Counted from the first letter of the stretch, positions 37,660-51,420 are shown. The stretch is DNA of 64,000 bases from Octopus bimaculoides (GCF_001194135.2 NC_069004.1:19860716-19924715), one strand, 5' to 3'. Made by a program: numbers and translations. Notes: generated by a model from the sequence alone, not told the origin.

Positions 37660-38793
37660 CTTGGTAGCACGTGTAGTGAGAGCCAGCAGTGACCTTCATG
37701 AAGCAGCGTACCAAGTGACATCGCTGTGTTTACTTTGCAAGTTATGAAATTTGTGCTTTTGGGATCATATGTATGCTGTAGTCTGTGATTTTATCATGGA
37801 CAGGAACAAAGAGCCAAATTTTGCATTAAGTTTGAGAAGTCAGCTACAGAGACACTGAGCATGCTTTGGCAATGGGTCATACACAATGTTTCAAGTGACA
37901 TAGGCACTTCAAAAGTGGAAGAACATCCCTGGAAGATAATGAGCAATCTGGAAGACCTGCCAACAGCGTAACCCCCAGAAGTGACCTTCATAAGGCAGTG
38001 TGCCGAGTAACATTGCTGTGTTTACTTTGCAAGTTGTGAAATTTTGTGTTTTTGTGATTATTTGCATGCTGCAGTCTCAAATTTTTGTCATGGACAGGAA
38101 GTTGGAACAAAGAGCATTAAACTTGGGAAATCCACTACAGAGTCATTGGGCATGCTTCAGCAAGCTTATGGTGATGAAACAATAGGTCATATGCAAAGTT
38201 TCAAGTAGTATAGGCACTTCAAAAGCAGAACATGCCTGGAAGACAACGAGCAATCTGGAAGATCTTCCACCAGCATCATCCCTGAAAATGTGGAGAAAAT
38301 TCATCAGCTTGTGCATGACGATCATCAGAGGAAGATCAACAATGTTTTGAAACATTTGAGGTAGGACATTCGGCAAAAGCAGCGAGATCTGTGGAGCATG
38401 AAGAATTGGATTCTTCACAATGACAATGCATCCTGTCACCGAGCTCTTCTCACTCACAAGTTTCTCGCCAAAAATAATGTGGTATTGCCTCTGCACCTAC
38501 CCTATTCATCATATTCAGCACCTGTAGACTTCCATCTCTTCCCCAAGATGAAAATGCAGCTCAAAGATCACCGTTTTAACACCATTGTTGAGATCCAGAG
38601 TGAATCGTAGAAGGTCCTCAACTTGCATACAGAAAATGACTTCCATGCCAGATTCCAAAAGTGGCAGGAATGCTGGGATCAGTGTATTGCTGCACAAGGT
38701 AACTATTTCAAAGGAGACGATGTTAAAACTTAGGTGGATAAGTTACTTTTTTATTAAACAACAAGTTCAGGAACATTTTGACAGCACCTCGTA
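37660..38793 (+). mobile_element. Mariner (DD34D) internally deleted copy with tandem duplication of its 5' part
   Basis: Segment 37690-37980 is repeated at 37981-38290. WILHNDNASCH..LPYSSYSAPVDFHLFPKMK. Right TIR ends gacagcacctcgta. Confidence 0.8.
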
Positions 38794-39559
38794 TGTATGT
38801 ATACATGCATGAATGCATGTATATATGTAAAAATTTATAAAGCAAGAAGATGGAATGAACAAGCTTTAATTACAAAGCACAATAATTGTTTCTGCTGTTA
38901 GTTGTCGAGTTTTCCATATCATACTATTACATAAATTATTCTATAAGTGATTATATAAAAAAATATGATACAACAGCAACTGTGTACCTGAACATCATCA
39001 GTGAGTGGCTTTGATAGCAATGCTGAATTGTGTTCAGTTTCCCATCATTTTCTAAGCCTTTGCATAACTAGCATTTTCTCTTTACTAAGCAGCTTATAGA
39101 TTCAAGGTGACATAAGTTATAAAAATACCAATGGCAATAAAAAATAAAAATGAATTACAAAACAAATAGACCACAATTAGTTAATGGAAATAAAAATCAA
39201 AAGTATAAATATAAATAAAAAACAACATTCTATTTTTGTTTATTCTATTGTAAGTTTTTATATCAGGATATAGACTAGAAGTATCCATTATCTTTATTGT
39301 CTGTAACTGTTTTTCATCAAATGAACCATGACCATCACTTGTCTGCCAGTTCACTCATAAAACTTAATTTCAGGTATCCTGGTATCCATGATAGTCGTTT
39401 AATAGTCATTAAGATTCTTATTATGTATGAAGAGATTTATTTGCCTACACCCATGTACACATACATATATATGTACATTCACTCCATGTATACATAGAAA
39501 TATTTATATATAAATAGAAACACAAACGCAACCATATGGACATATATATATTTATATAT

Positions 39560-40080
39560 ATATATATATATCTATTGACACAAGTGAAATCATTGTCGTG
39601 GCCAATGACAGTACCTCCTGATTGGCACCTGTGCCAGTGGAAATGTTAAAAGCACCATTCGAGCGTGATCGTTCCCAGGGCCATTGACTGGCTCCCTTGC
39701 CGATGGCATGTAAAAAGCAACATTCGAGTGTTGCCAGTGTCACCTGACTGGCTTCTGTGCCAGTGACATGTAAAAAACACCATTTGAGCGTGGTCGTTGC
39801 CAGTACCACCAGACTGGCTCCTGTGCAGGTGGCCTGTAAAAAGCACCATTTGAGCATGGCTGATACCAGTACTGCCTGACTGGCCCTCATACCGGTGGCA
39901 TGTAAAAGCACCCACTACACTCTCTATGAGTGGTTGGTGTTAGGAAGGGCATCCAGCTGTAGAAACTTTGCTAGATCAGATTGGAGCCTGGTGCAGCCTT
40001 CTGGCTTGCCAGCCCTCAGTCAAACTGTCCAACCCATGCCAGCATGGAAAGCGGACGTTAAATTACAACAATGATGATAT
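39560..40080 (+). mobile_element. RTE 3' UTR-only copy with five ~60-bp internal repeats
   Basis: Repeated gtgccagtg.catgtaaaaagcacc units, then the tggttgg..aagggcatccagctg core and ggaaagcggacgttaaa tail. Confidence 0.8.
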
Positions 40081-40149
<69 letters not shown>

Positions 40150-40151
<2 letters not shown>

Positions 40152-43100
40152 CATTGCGTCGTTTTTGGGAATTTCTGCTACCCTGTTATGTAAGTTTGTC
40201 TTTGGCTTGTTACCTGTTTTATATCATTTTGTTAATTTGTGAATCGAATTGTTGTCCGTTGTAGGACAGTAATTTTCACCCTACAGGGTAGAAATTATAT
40301 TGCGGAACACTGTTTAAAAAATATTTTGCGAATTATTTGTGAAATATTATTTTTTTACCTGTTGACGGGTTGTGAATTTTCTGTTAATTTGTCATTTTTG
40401 GCAAAGTTTTTTTTAAAAATAAAACTGTCATGGAATTCAACATTGAATCCAACCAAGACTTTCCCAAGATGGGAAAAGTAAATGAAAGTCAAAATGCAAG
40501 TTCAAACAATATACAAAAGGAAAAGGCAAAGCAAAGCTTTTCAGATGCGGCGGGCAGCAACGTCACTGAACTAGAAGCTAAAATGGAACAACTATTAAAG
40601 TTTCACAATTTGATTAAAAAGAGTGACGACCATATAAGACTGTTGCCGCCCCCTGAAACACTACAGCCAATAAATGCATATACTGTAGTGTATAAAATAT
40701 ATAACATGAAAGAGAAGGGGATCATGGAGGCAAAAAAGGAGATAGTAGAGAGGTGCTTGGCACCCATATGGAATTTAATATGCTACGTTAGCCATGGAAC
40801 GAGAAGCGCGACTGTTGAGGCACAGTTCCAAACGGCTGATGTAGCTAAGGAAGTCTCAACTAAGACCCTCAAGAATGCTACCCACATACTTGGGCTGCAG
40901 AACAGCAAAAGTAACAATAGATAAAATACTGGCAGGCTATGAAGTTATGTGGGTAGCAGCAGCCGTAATATATGACGTCGAAGAAGCCATAACAATTTTG
41001 AAAATGACAAAGAAGGAGGTGGTAAACTGGAAAGGCTAAAGTTTAGAAATGGTCATACAGGCCTCAAATGAGACCCTTGGAAAATTTGCGAGATAGGGTG
41101 TTTGTAGGGGAGGGGCAAACCATAAGAGTAGCCATTGAGGGAGGTAGGACTCGTTGCTCCAAATGTGGAGAAAAGGGCCACATCCGCTCGATGTGCACCA
41201 AAAAGAAAGTCAACGAAGTCCCTCCTCAAAAAGTTGAAAAGAAAACAGAGAAGAAAACTAATGAGGATACAGAGAAGCCACAGAAACCAAAGACTACTTC
41301 AGAAGGAAAAGCAATGGAAGAAACGAAAGAAATAAATGGGGCAATGGCCAACACCTCTATTACCTCCGCAAGTGTAATCGGTCCTTCACAGCATTTCACC
41401 TCACATGCCGAGAGTCTTACACGGATCACAAATATGTGACGTGTGAGATACATATAGATGTCATAGACAGGGACCCGGGTGCTGGAAGATGAACAAGTCT
41501 ATTTTGACTTGTCAAGCCTTCTGTGCCTGGATTAAGGAAATAGTACAGAGGGCATTATGTGGCGCCATCATTAACAATAGATGGTAGCACGCCCTCAAGA
41601 GAGCCATCCGTTTAGAATCTTTTAGATTTAGCAACCAGCTAAGTTTAGATAGATCTAGAATAGAAAGGGAACTAGTCAAGAATTTAGATGAGGCTTTGGA
41701 ATCTGTCTCTGCAGACAGAGTGCTGGCAGCGAGAACGGTCCTGTACTGTCACCTCAGAGCCAAACATGAAGGCTGTAGGCTTAGAGCTAAACTATGTGCA
41801 GTGGGCCGAGAAGGTATTAACATTGCTGGATGGGCCCATCGTGTGGAGTGTCAGAAGGGCAAAAAGTCTTTAACTGACGAGCAAGGGCACAAGATCTATG
41901 AACAGGAAAAGCTGCAGAAAGCCTTTCACCAGCATTTCACCCAGGTGTTTGGGCAGGGTGGCGAGCTTGAGTGTAGGGAGGCCCTAAAGGGCTTCCTTGC
42001 TGGTGGGCTGCGACTCTCGGCACGTGAGGTGAAATGCTGTGAAGGACTGATTACACTTGCGGAGGTAATAGAGGTGTTGGCCGAGTGTGCCGGGGACAAA
42101 TCACTGGGGCTGGATGGTCTGCCCTGTGAGTTTTATCGTAGCATGCTGGCAGGCGTCTACGCAAACTGGCAACAGAATGGGAGGATTCCCAACTCTGTGA
42201 GTCGGGGAGTGGTGATGCTGATCCAGAAGGACCCGAGCAAGGGGGGACAGTATAAGTAATTACAGGCCCATAACTCTACTCAATGTAGAGTTAACGATTT
42301 TGGCCAAGGTGTTAGCAAAAAGGTTGACGTATGTCGTGGAGAAGCTTGTAGGGAAGGTGCAAACATGCGCCATTCGGGGCAGGTTGATCCAGGACAATCT
42401 TCACCTTATATGCTACACCTTAGACAGGGTGGGTAAATTAACTGGCAAAGGTGGGGCAACGGTCCATTTAGACCAGAGTAAAGCGTTTGATAGGGTAGAC
42501 CACCAATACCTGGCAGTGGTTCTCGAAGTGGCTGGGCTGGGACCGGACTTCTGTAGGTGAATCTCTGCAATGTATAGCGGCATCCAATCCACTGTTCAGG
42601 TAAACAGCTACCTGTCGGAGCCATTTTTGATCATGTACTCAGTTCATCAAGGGTGTCCCGTCCCCGCTTCTGTACATTTTGGCTCTTGAGCCCTTACTGA
42701 GGAAGTTGGGGAATTTGGGACACACCCCCAATGAAATTGGATGTGGCAAGTCAGTCTCTGCTTATGCGGATGACATCACCATCATCGTGTCCAATGAGGC
42801 TCAGCTACCTTGTGTAGAGGACACCATCAATGGGTACGAGGCGGTGGCAGGAGCAAAGGTTAACAAGGACAAGTCCATTGGCTTGTGCCTCAGCACCTGG
42901 AGGAGCAAGCCGGTATCATCCAGTGTCGTGGGTCACTGGACAGATGGTCCTGTTAAGTTGCTTGGAGTTTGGTTTGGACCAGACTCCCAAACGGAGAAGA
43001 ATTGGAGCAAGGTGGCAGACAGGGTGGAAGCTCTAGTTCGGACCTGGTCTGGACAGGCTCTATCCCTGAAAGGAAGGGCGGAAGTGGTACAGGTGTTTAT

Positions 43101-44325
43101 TGCATCTGTAATCACCTACTGCCTAACCGTTGTCCCTTGTCCCGACTTGTGGCTAAACAAGTTGGAGCACTTCCTTTTCTGCTTATTGTGGAAGGGAGGA
43201 AAGCCACTTGTAAGGTGCTCTGTCTGCTGCCAGGAACCGCTAAAGGGTGGGTTAGGGATGCCCTGGCCTATGATGCGCAAACATGCATTGAGGTCGAGAC
43301 ATCTCTGGCACTACTTGGAGGGTGACAAGGTGTGGAATCCACTTGTAGAGGAATTCTTTCCATGACCAGCCTCTTTGGAGAGATTTAAACCCGGTTTTAT
43401 TAAAAGACGCAATCTGACAGAATAGCAAAAGGAGTGTTGACAGGCACTCATGCTGATCCACAAGACAGGCAAGGCCGGCAGTGGGAATACCACCTTGGTT
43501 TTGTATAGAGGGCTGGTAGAGTTTAAAAATGATGATGTCCTAGGTGGGGCTCTGGGGTTCAATGAGTACCAACTTACCAACCTGTTCCGAAAGACTTTCA
43601 GGCCAAGGTATTTGGATAATTATCAAAAATCCCTGACCTGGCAGTGCTACAGGAACGCTTTACCTGTTTGCGATAAGTTATCCAGGCATGGAATGTCAGT
43701 GTCACCAGCATGTCCAAGATGTAGGCTGGATGATGAAACCGTCCAGCACACTTTTGTACACTGCTGGAAGCTTTCAGGCTTGATAATTTACGTTGAACAT
43801 GTGTTGTCATACCTAGGCAGAGTACAGCTATCAGCTGTACTCTATAATAAAGATTGTGCCACCCACTGGACTCTCAAAGGAAGGTGGGGCATGTTTTCTC
43901 CTTACAGTGGCAGTGTTGAAAGTGTGTGTTTGGAAGACAAGACTGCAAGGACTCGTGACGGGAACCTTCATCTCTGGCCCTGGATTGCTCACTTCAGATA
44001 TCACCTGAAGAGCAAGATAGGGCTAGAGAGGAAACGACTGTTGCAAAGTGTGTTTGAGAAAAGATGGAAGGCTGTGGTAAGAAAGGTGGGTGCAAGTGAC
44101 CCGGCTTAATCTCCATGGAGAAAGATAAAGGTGTAGTCGCTGGGCTTTTCGCTCATCAGGGTGAATCCCACCTAGCTAAAAATTATTAAAAAGAAATATA
44201 TTAATTTGTATAATCATCAACATTTTAAAATTAGGTTTCATTTGAACTCACATTAACATTTATCTGTTTGTTCTGTCTTGTTTGTCCGTTCTGTGTTAGA
44301 TAATTATTATCTTAATAAAGAAAAT
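40150..44325 (+). mobile_element. Tx1-clade LINE, near full length but rearranged (ORF1 with CCHC knuckle; ORF2 lacking most of the endonuclease)
   Basis: ORF1 40430 onward with CSKCGEKGHIRSMC. ORF2 pieces: YTDHKYV..PGxW (EN end), NYRPITLLN, LDQSKAFDRVDH, HQGCP, AYADDITII, KLLGVWFG, LSLKGRAEV, CPRC...ETVQHTFVHC. A-rich 3' end with AATAAA. Confidence 0.9.
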
Positions 44326-44342
44326 ATCTCTAGCAGACGAGG

Positions 44343-46272
44343 TCTTTTTGCGTTGTGAATCGAGATTTTGCTGCTACCAAGTTATGTGAGTTCGTTCCAT
44401 TGTGTTTTTGTCTGTTATTATATTTTTGTTTCTGGTGTGCTTTGACTTGAATTGAACTGTTGTCCTTTGTGGAACAGTAATTTTCGCCCTACAGGGCAGA
44501 AAATTCTGTTTTGGAATTTACTGTGAAAAAAAAATTATTGCTGAACTGTCTTTTTCTTTACCCGTTGCTGGGTATTGAATTTGTTTGTTATTTTTGTCAT
44601 TTTTGGCTAAGTAATAACATGTTTACAATGGAATTTAATATTACATCTAAAAAATATTTTCCTGCAATGGGAAAGGATAATAGCGGTGAAAATGAATGTG
44701 AAATTGAAAAACAGGCAAAGGAAAGACCAAGTTTTTCTGCTGCGGTGGGCAGCAATATGATGGAAATGGAAGTGAAAATGGAACAATTGTTTAAGTTCCA
44801 TAGCTTGATTAAAAAAATGGTAGCGATATGGAACTACTGCCTCCTCCAGAGACAGTGCAAGCATTAAACGCAAGAACGGTTGTCTACAAAATTTACAATT
44901 TAAAGGAGAAACGAATTATGGATGCAAAATTGATGTCGTAGAAAGATGTTTGTTCCCAATATGGAACCAAATAACCTACGTTGGCTGGAGGATGAGAAAC
45001 ACAATGGTAGAAGCACAATTTGAAACAGCCACCATAGCAAAGGAAGTCTCCACAAAAACCTTGTGAAACGAAAAAATAATTCTGCTACCCATATACCTGG
45101 GTCGCAGAACAGCCAAAATTACCATGGATGAGATTCCGGCTGGTTATGAGGTTATGTGGGTAGCAGCAGCTGTCATCTACAACGTGGAGGAGGCAGTGAC
45201 AATTTTGCAATTGAAAAAGCATTAAGTCGTGAACTGGAAAGGTCAGACCCTAGAGATGGTTGTACAAGCGTCAAATGAAACTATAGAAAAATTGCCCGAT
45301 AGGGTGTTTGTAGGGGAGGGGCTAACAATGAGAGTAGCCGTTGAGGGACGTAGGCCCCGTTGCTTCAGATATGGAGAAAAGGGCCACGTTTACTCAAAGT
45401 GTGAGAAAAAGAAAACCAATGAAGCCCCCTCCCCAAAAGGCTATGTAAGTAGTCAAAGAAAAACATGAAAAGCAAGACAATGCAGTAGAAAAGAGAGAGG
45501 GAGTAACAGCAGAGAGTGCAGTGAAAAAGACAGAGAAAAACGCTGTAATGGAATTCACTACAGTGTCACACAAAAGAAAAAATGCCCAAGTCCCAGACTC
45601 CCCTCGCCAAACAAAAAAATCCATAAAACATACGGCAGATGCACAAAACAAAATTCCCCAAACCAACCCCACAGTGAAACCTTTCACCAAATCCCACTCC
45701 AAAACCCAAGAAAAAATTGTTTCCTTCTCGGAAAAAAACAGTGTGTTGAACACAGTCATAAGAGCGCATCATAAGGTGCGAGTTTTTAAAATAACAAAAG
45801 ACACGCCCCCAGATATTAGACTTGCTAAAATGGACGCAGGCCTATTTTCAGAGCTGAAGGAAAGGTATCCAGAAGATATCAAGGATCTCAGCTCCGAAAT
45901 GGCCGAAAAAATTACTATTAAGCCCAGTGACTATACCAATGACAGAAAAGGATGGATAGGTAGCTGAATTTGTGCAGCCCCTCTTCAAATTCAAACTGTA
46001 AGTTCTTCCTTTTACCATTTTTTAAGGTTATGGTAAGAAAGGTGAGTGCAACTGATCCTGCTTAATCCTTCATGGGAAAAGGAAAAGGTGTAGTTGCTTT
46101 GCTTTTTAGTCCATCAGGTTAAAGTCCAAAAAAAAGGCAAAATTTTCATTTTTATATATCATTCATAATTTTTAAACCTAGGTTTCATTCAAACTCACAA
46201 TAACGATAATTGTTTGTATTGTCCTGTTTTGTCCCCTCAATGTATGATTATATTTATCATAATAAAAAATTC
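44343..46272 (+). mobile_element. Tx1-derived ORF1-only element (5' UTR, ORF1, last codons of ORF2, 3' UTR)
   Basis: 5' UTR and ORF1 are homologous to the 40150 copy (MEFNI..FP.MGK; CFRYGEKGHVYSKC). After the ORF1 stop (45967) only about 55 nt precede the homologue of the ORF2 end (46024 vs 44068). Flanked by a 17-bp near-identical direct repeat. Confidence 0.85.
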
Positions 46273-46565
46273 ATTTCTAGCAGATGAGGTGTCCAGTATT
46301 GAAGAAAGACTAGCAATAGCCCAAAATCAGACTGGTATGTTGGTCCCATCACTAGAAGATGGTAGGGGTTCATTTCCCTGTTCACAATATATTGAATGCA
46401 GGTGTGCATTGTTTACCAGCTAGAGGGGATGTCCTCTTGGTGTTAAAAAAAATCACAGTAAAGTCCATTCAAACAGAACAGACATGTTGGAGTGGCTATG
46501 AACATTAACTGGTAGTACAACTACTGCATTCATCTCTTAGAGAGTTTTTAGAACTAGCTTTTTTA

Positions 46566-46604
<39 letters not shown>

Positions 46605-46744
46605 CACGAACATTTCTGTAGTGGACAGATGGCACAGGGGCCAAGCCTCAGACGAATTTTAAAGATGGGCAATGTTGATTGAATATTTGTCACATCATAC
46701 AGAAGATATAGAGCTCCTTGGCGGAGGTAAAAATAATATACTGT

Positions 46745-46811
<67 letters not shown>

Positions 46812-48144
46812 ACATGTGTATATTGTAGCATGGGAAGTAGAATTTATCTTTTTTTTTCTTTTACTACTGTGTTGTTCTTACAGTTGCATTCATTTAAGTT
46901 TTGTGATAATACAGGGCTACAACAGTCCTCTTAGTCTGAATGTAGCTTGTAAAGTGATTAAGTTATTTTAAGATTAATCAATAATGTGTTGTATATTATA
47001 AATTTTTTCAATCAAAGCTAATCAAATATGCTGAATGCTCTACAATTTGTAACTATCAAATCTCAATGGACTTCAATAAAAGTTGGTTTTGTCAATGAAG
47101 TAGAAAAGTGTACTGATTTGAAACTGATATACATACAAATATTTAATTAAGTCATATACACACTATTTTACATAGCTTAAAAAAACAAACAAACAAGACT
47201 TTTATGTATAGATAATAAATATTAATACATAAGTATTTTTAGAATTTTAATGATATACATTTTTCTCTGCTTAAATAAACTTTAAATCAGCTTTCTTTTA
47301 AATACAATTATATTTATTTGAAGTCCATTTTCATTTTTGATATAATAATTTAAAAGAAAATTTTATATATCAAAAGCTACCTAATACAGGATACACATAT
47401 ATATACATTTCAACATGTTTTTCAAAATTCCTCAATAGTTCTACAAAAAATGTCTAAGCTACAACATGATCTCTACAGTCGAAACCCAAACATTACTTAT
47501 AATGTGGGAGCAAATATTATATAGTAATACAATCTACTAGAATTTTACTTAATTGTGAAATAAAAGCTAACTCCTAGCAATTTCAACTGTGTAAAATGAG
47601 TCAAAAACTGCATTAAAGTGGGAGTGTCAATCTACTACTCTAATTATCCATCACTTACAATTCTATATGTTTCATACATGCATGCAGAATTCTCAGGAAG
47701 AATCAGATACAATGTGTGGCAAGGTTATACCTTTTGTTTACAGTTACAATCAACTTACAGGTTTCTATACAGTTTCCATCTATTCAATTTCACTATATGG
47801 CTGTAGAAAGTGATATTTGTCCAAGCTGCCAAGCAGTGGGATTGAACCCAGGAACCTGTAAGTATAACCATGGCTATTTGGCAATACTGTGCCTGCATAT
47901 GCGTATATATATTATAAACCTTACTTTAACAACAGCAGGAGGTGAAGGTTCTGCTTGACTGAGGGAAAGATCATACTAAAGCACCCTCTATCAGGGCACT
48001 TCCACTCTCACCCTTATGAATGCAAACTTGCCCTAGTATCTTGACTGACCACACCGTGAGGAATTGATTTAAGATTTATCACACCCAAATGTGATATATA
48101 CAATATACAAAGTGGTATCAAAATGTTCCCAGACTAGTTGTGTA

Positions 48145-48203
<59 letters not shown>

Positions 48204-48716
48204 ATACCTGCTTCAGCACAGTTCTGTTCAGTAAATTCCACTGATGCAGTATTGGGGTCATCACAAGGCTATGATGGAAGACACTTGCCCAAGTTTCAAA
48301 GCAGAGTGATGAAACCAACAACTACATATTTGCAATGTGAATTTATTAACCACAGTACCATGTCTGTATGTGTTGACTGAATACCCCACCACTTGACTAG
48401 CATTCATTTTATCTACCTCAAAAGAAGTAAACCAGAATACCAGACAATTAGTGATTGAAAATTGAAACACAAGGCACAAAATCAAATAGAGATGGATATT
48501 TAGTTTAACATATTGCTGGTTTTTGCCTCTCTACTATCTTTACTGAGGAGGAAGAGGCAGACAAGATATTGAAATAAATGAATAAATAAATTAAAAATAT
48601 AAACAGCTTAAAGAAATGTATTAATAGACATCTCAAGTAGGTAGATTAGTTATGATTTTGTACTGTTGAATAAACACATGTGCTTACACACATGATATGT
48701 GTGTGTGTGTGTGTGC

Positions 48717-48754
<38 letters not shown>

Positions 48755-48899
48755 GAAATATAAGGATAAAATCTATATAAGATTTTATCGAGTAACCAGC
48801 ATGTAAATCAATTAAGGAAAAAAGTAATACAAGGTATGTAATTTTTTCCTTTATATATAAAAATACATTATAATATCAAGGGCTTGATATTATATATAT

Positions 48900-50193
48900 A
48901 TAATGCAGAAGCTAGGGATAGATGAGTGGTTAGTGAAAACTGTACAAGCCATGTACAAAGGATGCTGCTAGTAAGGTGTGAACCACCAATAAGTATAGCA
49001 AGGAGTTTAGTGTAGGCGTCCACCAGAATTTAGTTCTTAACTCCCTCTTATTTATCATGGTCCGCCAAGCTCTAACTGAGGAATTTAAGATTGGCTACCC
49101 TGGAGAGCTCATCTATTCTGATGAGCTTATTCTTATTGCTGCATTACTATCAGAACTAGGGAAAAAATTTCAGGTATGGAAGCAAGGTCTGGAATCAAAT
49201 CACAGACCCCTTCAGAGATGCAAGCTATGGACACATAAGAGATGCAGCGGTATCACTTGACGACTAAAGGAGAAAGTAGTCTTTACAGGTGTGAGATATG
49301 CATTAAACACCAGGAATGTACAAAAAATAGAATCTCACATATGTCAGTGGAGGGGTGGATCCTTAGAAGTAGTAGACAGTTTCCATTACTTAGGTGATCA
49401 AGTTAGTAGTGGGGGTGGTTGTTCCAAAAGCATAGCTGCTAGAATAAGAATAGGCTGGGTGAAGTTCAGAGAGCTACTATCTCTTAGTAATGAAGGGTCT
49501 CTCCCTCAGAGTGAAAGGCAGATTGTATGTCGCCTGTGTATGAACAACTATGCTATATGGCAGTGAGACATGGCTATAACTACTGAGGATATGCGAAGTT
49601 TTGAAAAAAATGAAGCCAGCATGCTTCACTGGATGGGTAATGTCAGTGTACATATATAAAAGCATATAAGTGATTTGAGAGAAAAACTGGGTATAAGTAG
49701 CATCAGATGTGGCATGCACGAGAGAAGACTGCACTGGTATGGCCATATAATGCATATGAATGAAGTGCCAATCTCTAATTCTGGAGGGAACATGTGGAAG
49801 AGGTAGGGATGAAGTGGTGAGAAAGGATCTATGGACACTGGGACTCACTGAGGGATGACAAGGAACTGAGACTCCTGGCAGTTTGCTGTGCTTGAAAAGA
49901 CACATCAAGCTAAGTGAAAGTGTGGTTGCCCTTGCATACAGGCTTGTCCCCTGCAACCCAATCCAGCCGAGCATCCTTAATTTTGTGAGCTCATAGGTGC
50001 TGGTGCCATATAAAAGTCACCTGTGCTGATGATGTGTAAAGGCACCCAGTATATTCTGTAAAGCGGTTGGCATTAGGAAGGCCATCCAGCTATAGAAACC
50101 ATGCCAAAACAGACAAAGATCTTGAACAGCCCTTCAACTGGTCAGCTCCTGTCAAACCCTCCAACCCATGCCAACATAGAAAGTGAACATTAA

Positions 50194-50240
<47 letters not shown>
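48900..50240 (+). mobile_element. RTE LINE 3' portion with 3' UTR and long (GAT)n tail
   Basis: TEEFKIGYPGELIYSDELIL, LEVVDSFHYLGDQVSSGGG, MLYGSETW motifs. Confidence 0.85.
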
Positions 50241-50269
50241 ATATATGTATATATATATATCTTTTATCT

Positions 50270-50525
50270 TTTATCTTTTATCTTTTACTTGTTTCAGTCA
50301 GTAGCAGCCATGCTGGCACACTGCTTTGAAGTGTTTCAGTCAAATGAACTGATGCTAATATCTATTTTTTAAGCCTGGTTCTTATTCTATCTATCTCTTT
50401 TGCTGAACTGCTAAGTTCCAACCAGCACCAGTTGTCAAGCAATGGTGAGGGACAAACGCAAAGCCGCACATATGCGCACACATGTGCACGACAAGCCTTT
50501 TTCAGTTTACACCTACCAAATCTTT
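50270..50525 (-). mobile_element. tRNA-derived SINE, degraded (3' half)
   Basis: Reverse complement of the 3' half of the 24885 family, with a (TTTTATC)n tail. Confidence 0.65.
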
Positions 50526-50529
50526 TCAT

Positions 50530-51420
50530 AAGCCTAATGGGAAAGTAACTCTTTTATGCCACATTCAAAGAAACCCATTTTCCTTCCTGAAAAATAGTCT
50601 GAAAGTCTGTTTTCAACTTGCTCTCTGTTTCTGAATATTTTGCCTTCTAGTGATCGGAGCAGATGGAAATCCATAGGTGCTGAGTCAGGTGAGTATGGAG
50701 GATGTGGAAGAACTTCCCATCCTAATGATCTTATTGTTTCTTGGGTTTGTTTTGAAGAGTGCTGTTTACCAAAGCTGGCCACTTTCAATGTAATTTTTCA
50801 TTTATGTGATCAAATTGCTCACAATAGACATCTGCATTGATGATCCTTCCATATTCCTGTAATGACAGGTTGTTATTCCTGGTTAGAAGACTGTTGCAAA
50901 TAGTGGAATGTTTCAGTTCTCAAGTGTAAGCTTATGTGGAATCCAAATTCCCTCTTTGCATGTTTTCCCAATTTGCTTGAGATGTTCATGGATAATTGAA
51001 TATGACACGTTAAGTTTTTTCACCAAACCTTTGGTGCTTTGATGTGGATCCGATACAACCGTCTCATTCAAAAGGTTGTTATTCAGAGTGGGCCATCTTC
51101 AGAGTGACGCTTGTCAGACATATCACAATCGCCACCTTTAAACCTTTTAAACCACATGGACATGAACGAACTTTCACCGCATCTGGATACACTTCACAAA
51201 TGTTTTTCATTGCTTTTCTAATGGTACTTTTCTTTTGAAACTCATAAAGTAAGCAATGGCTAATATGTTGTTTTATAAAGTTCTTATCCTCCATGGGGCT
51301 AATTACCAAAATGACTATGAATGATACACTGCCAGATAGAAGAGATAATATACTATTTCTAAACAGTTCCCGTCTATTTGATCTTGGTTCTGATGTGATT
51401 GGTTGATTCATATTTCATAG
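50530..51420 (-). mobile_element. Degraded mariner transposase
   Basis: KQHISHCLLYEFQK..KAMKNICEVYPDAV N-terminus and LGWEVLPHPPYSPDSAPMDFHLLRSL C-terminus. Confidence 0.8.

Noticed and set aside
47759-47958. Minus-strand micro-exons (47925-47958 and about 47759-47800)
   Set aside because: Splice signals look plausible, but no frame could be chained to the supported exons without assuming unseen ones.
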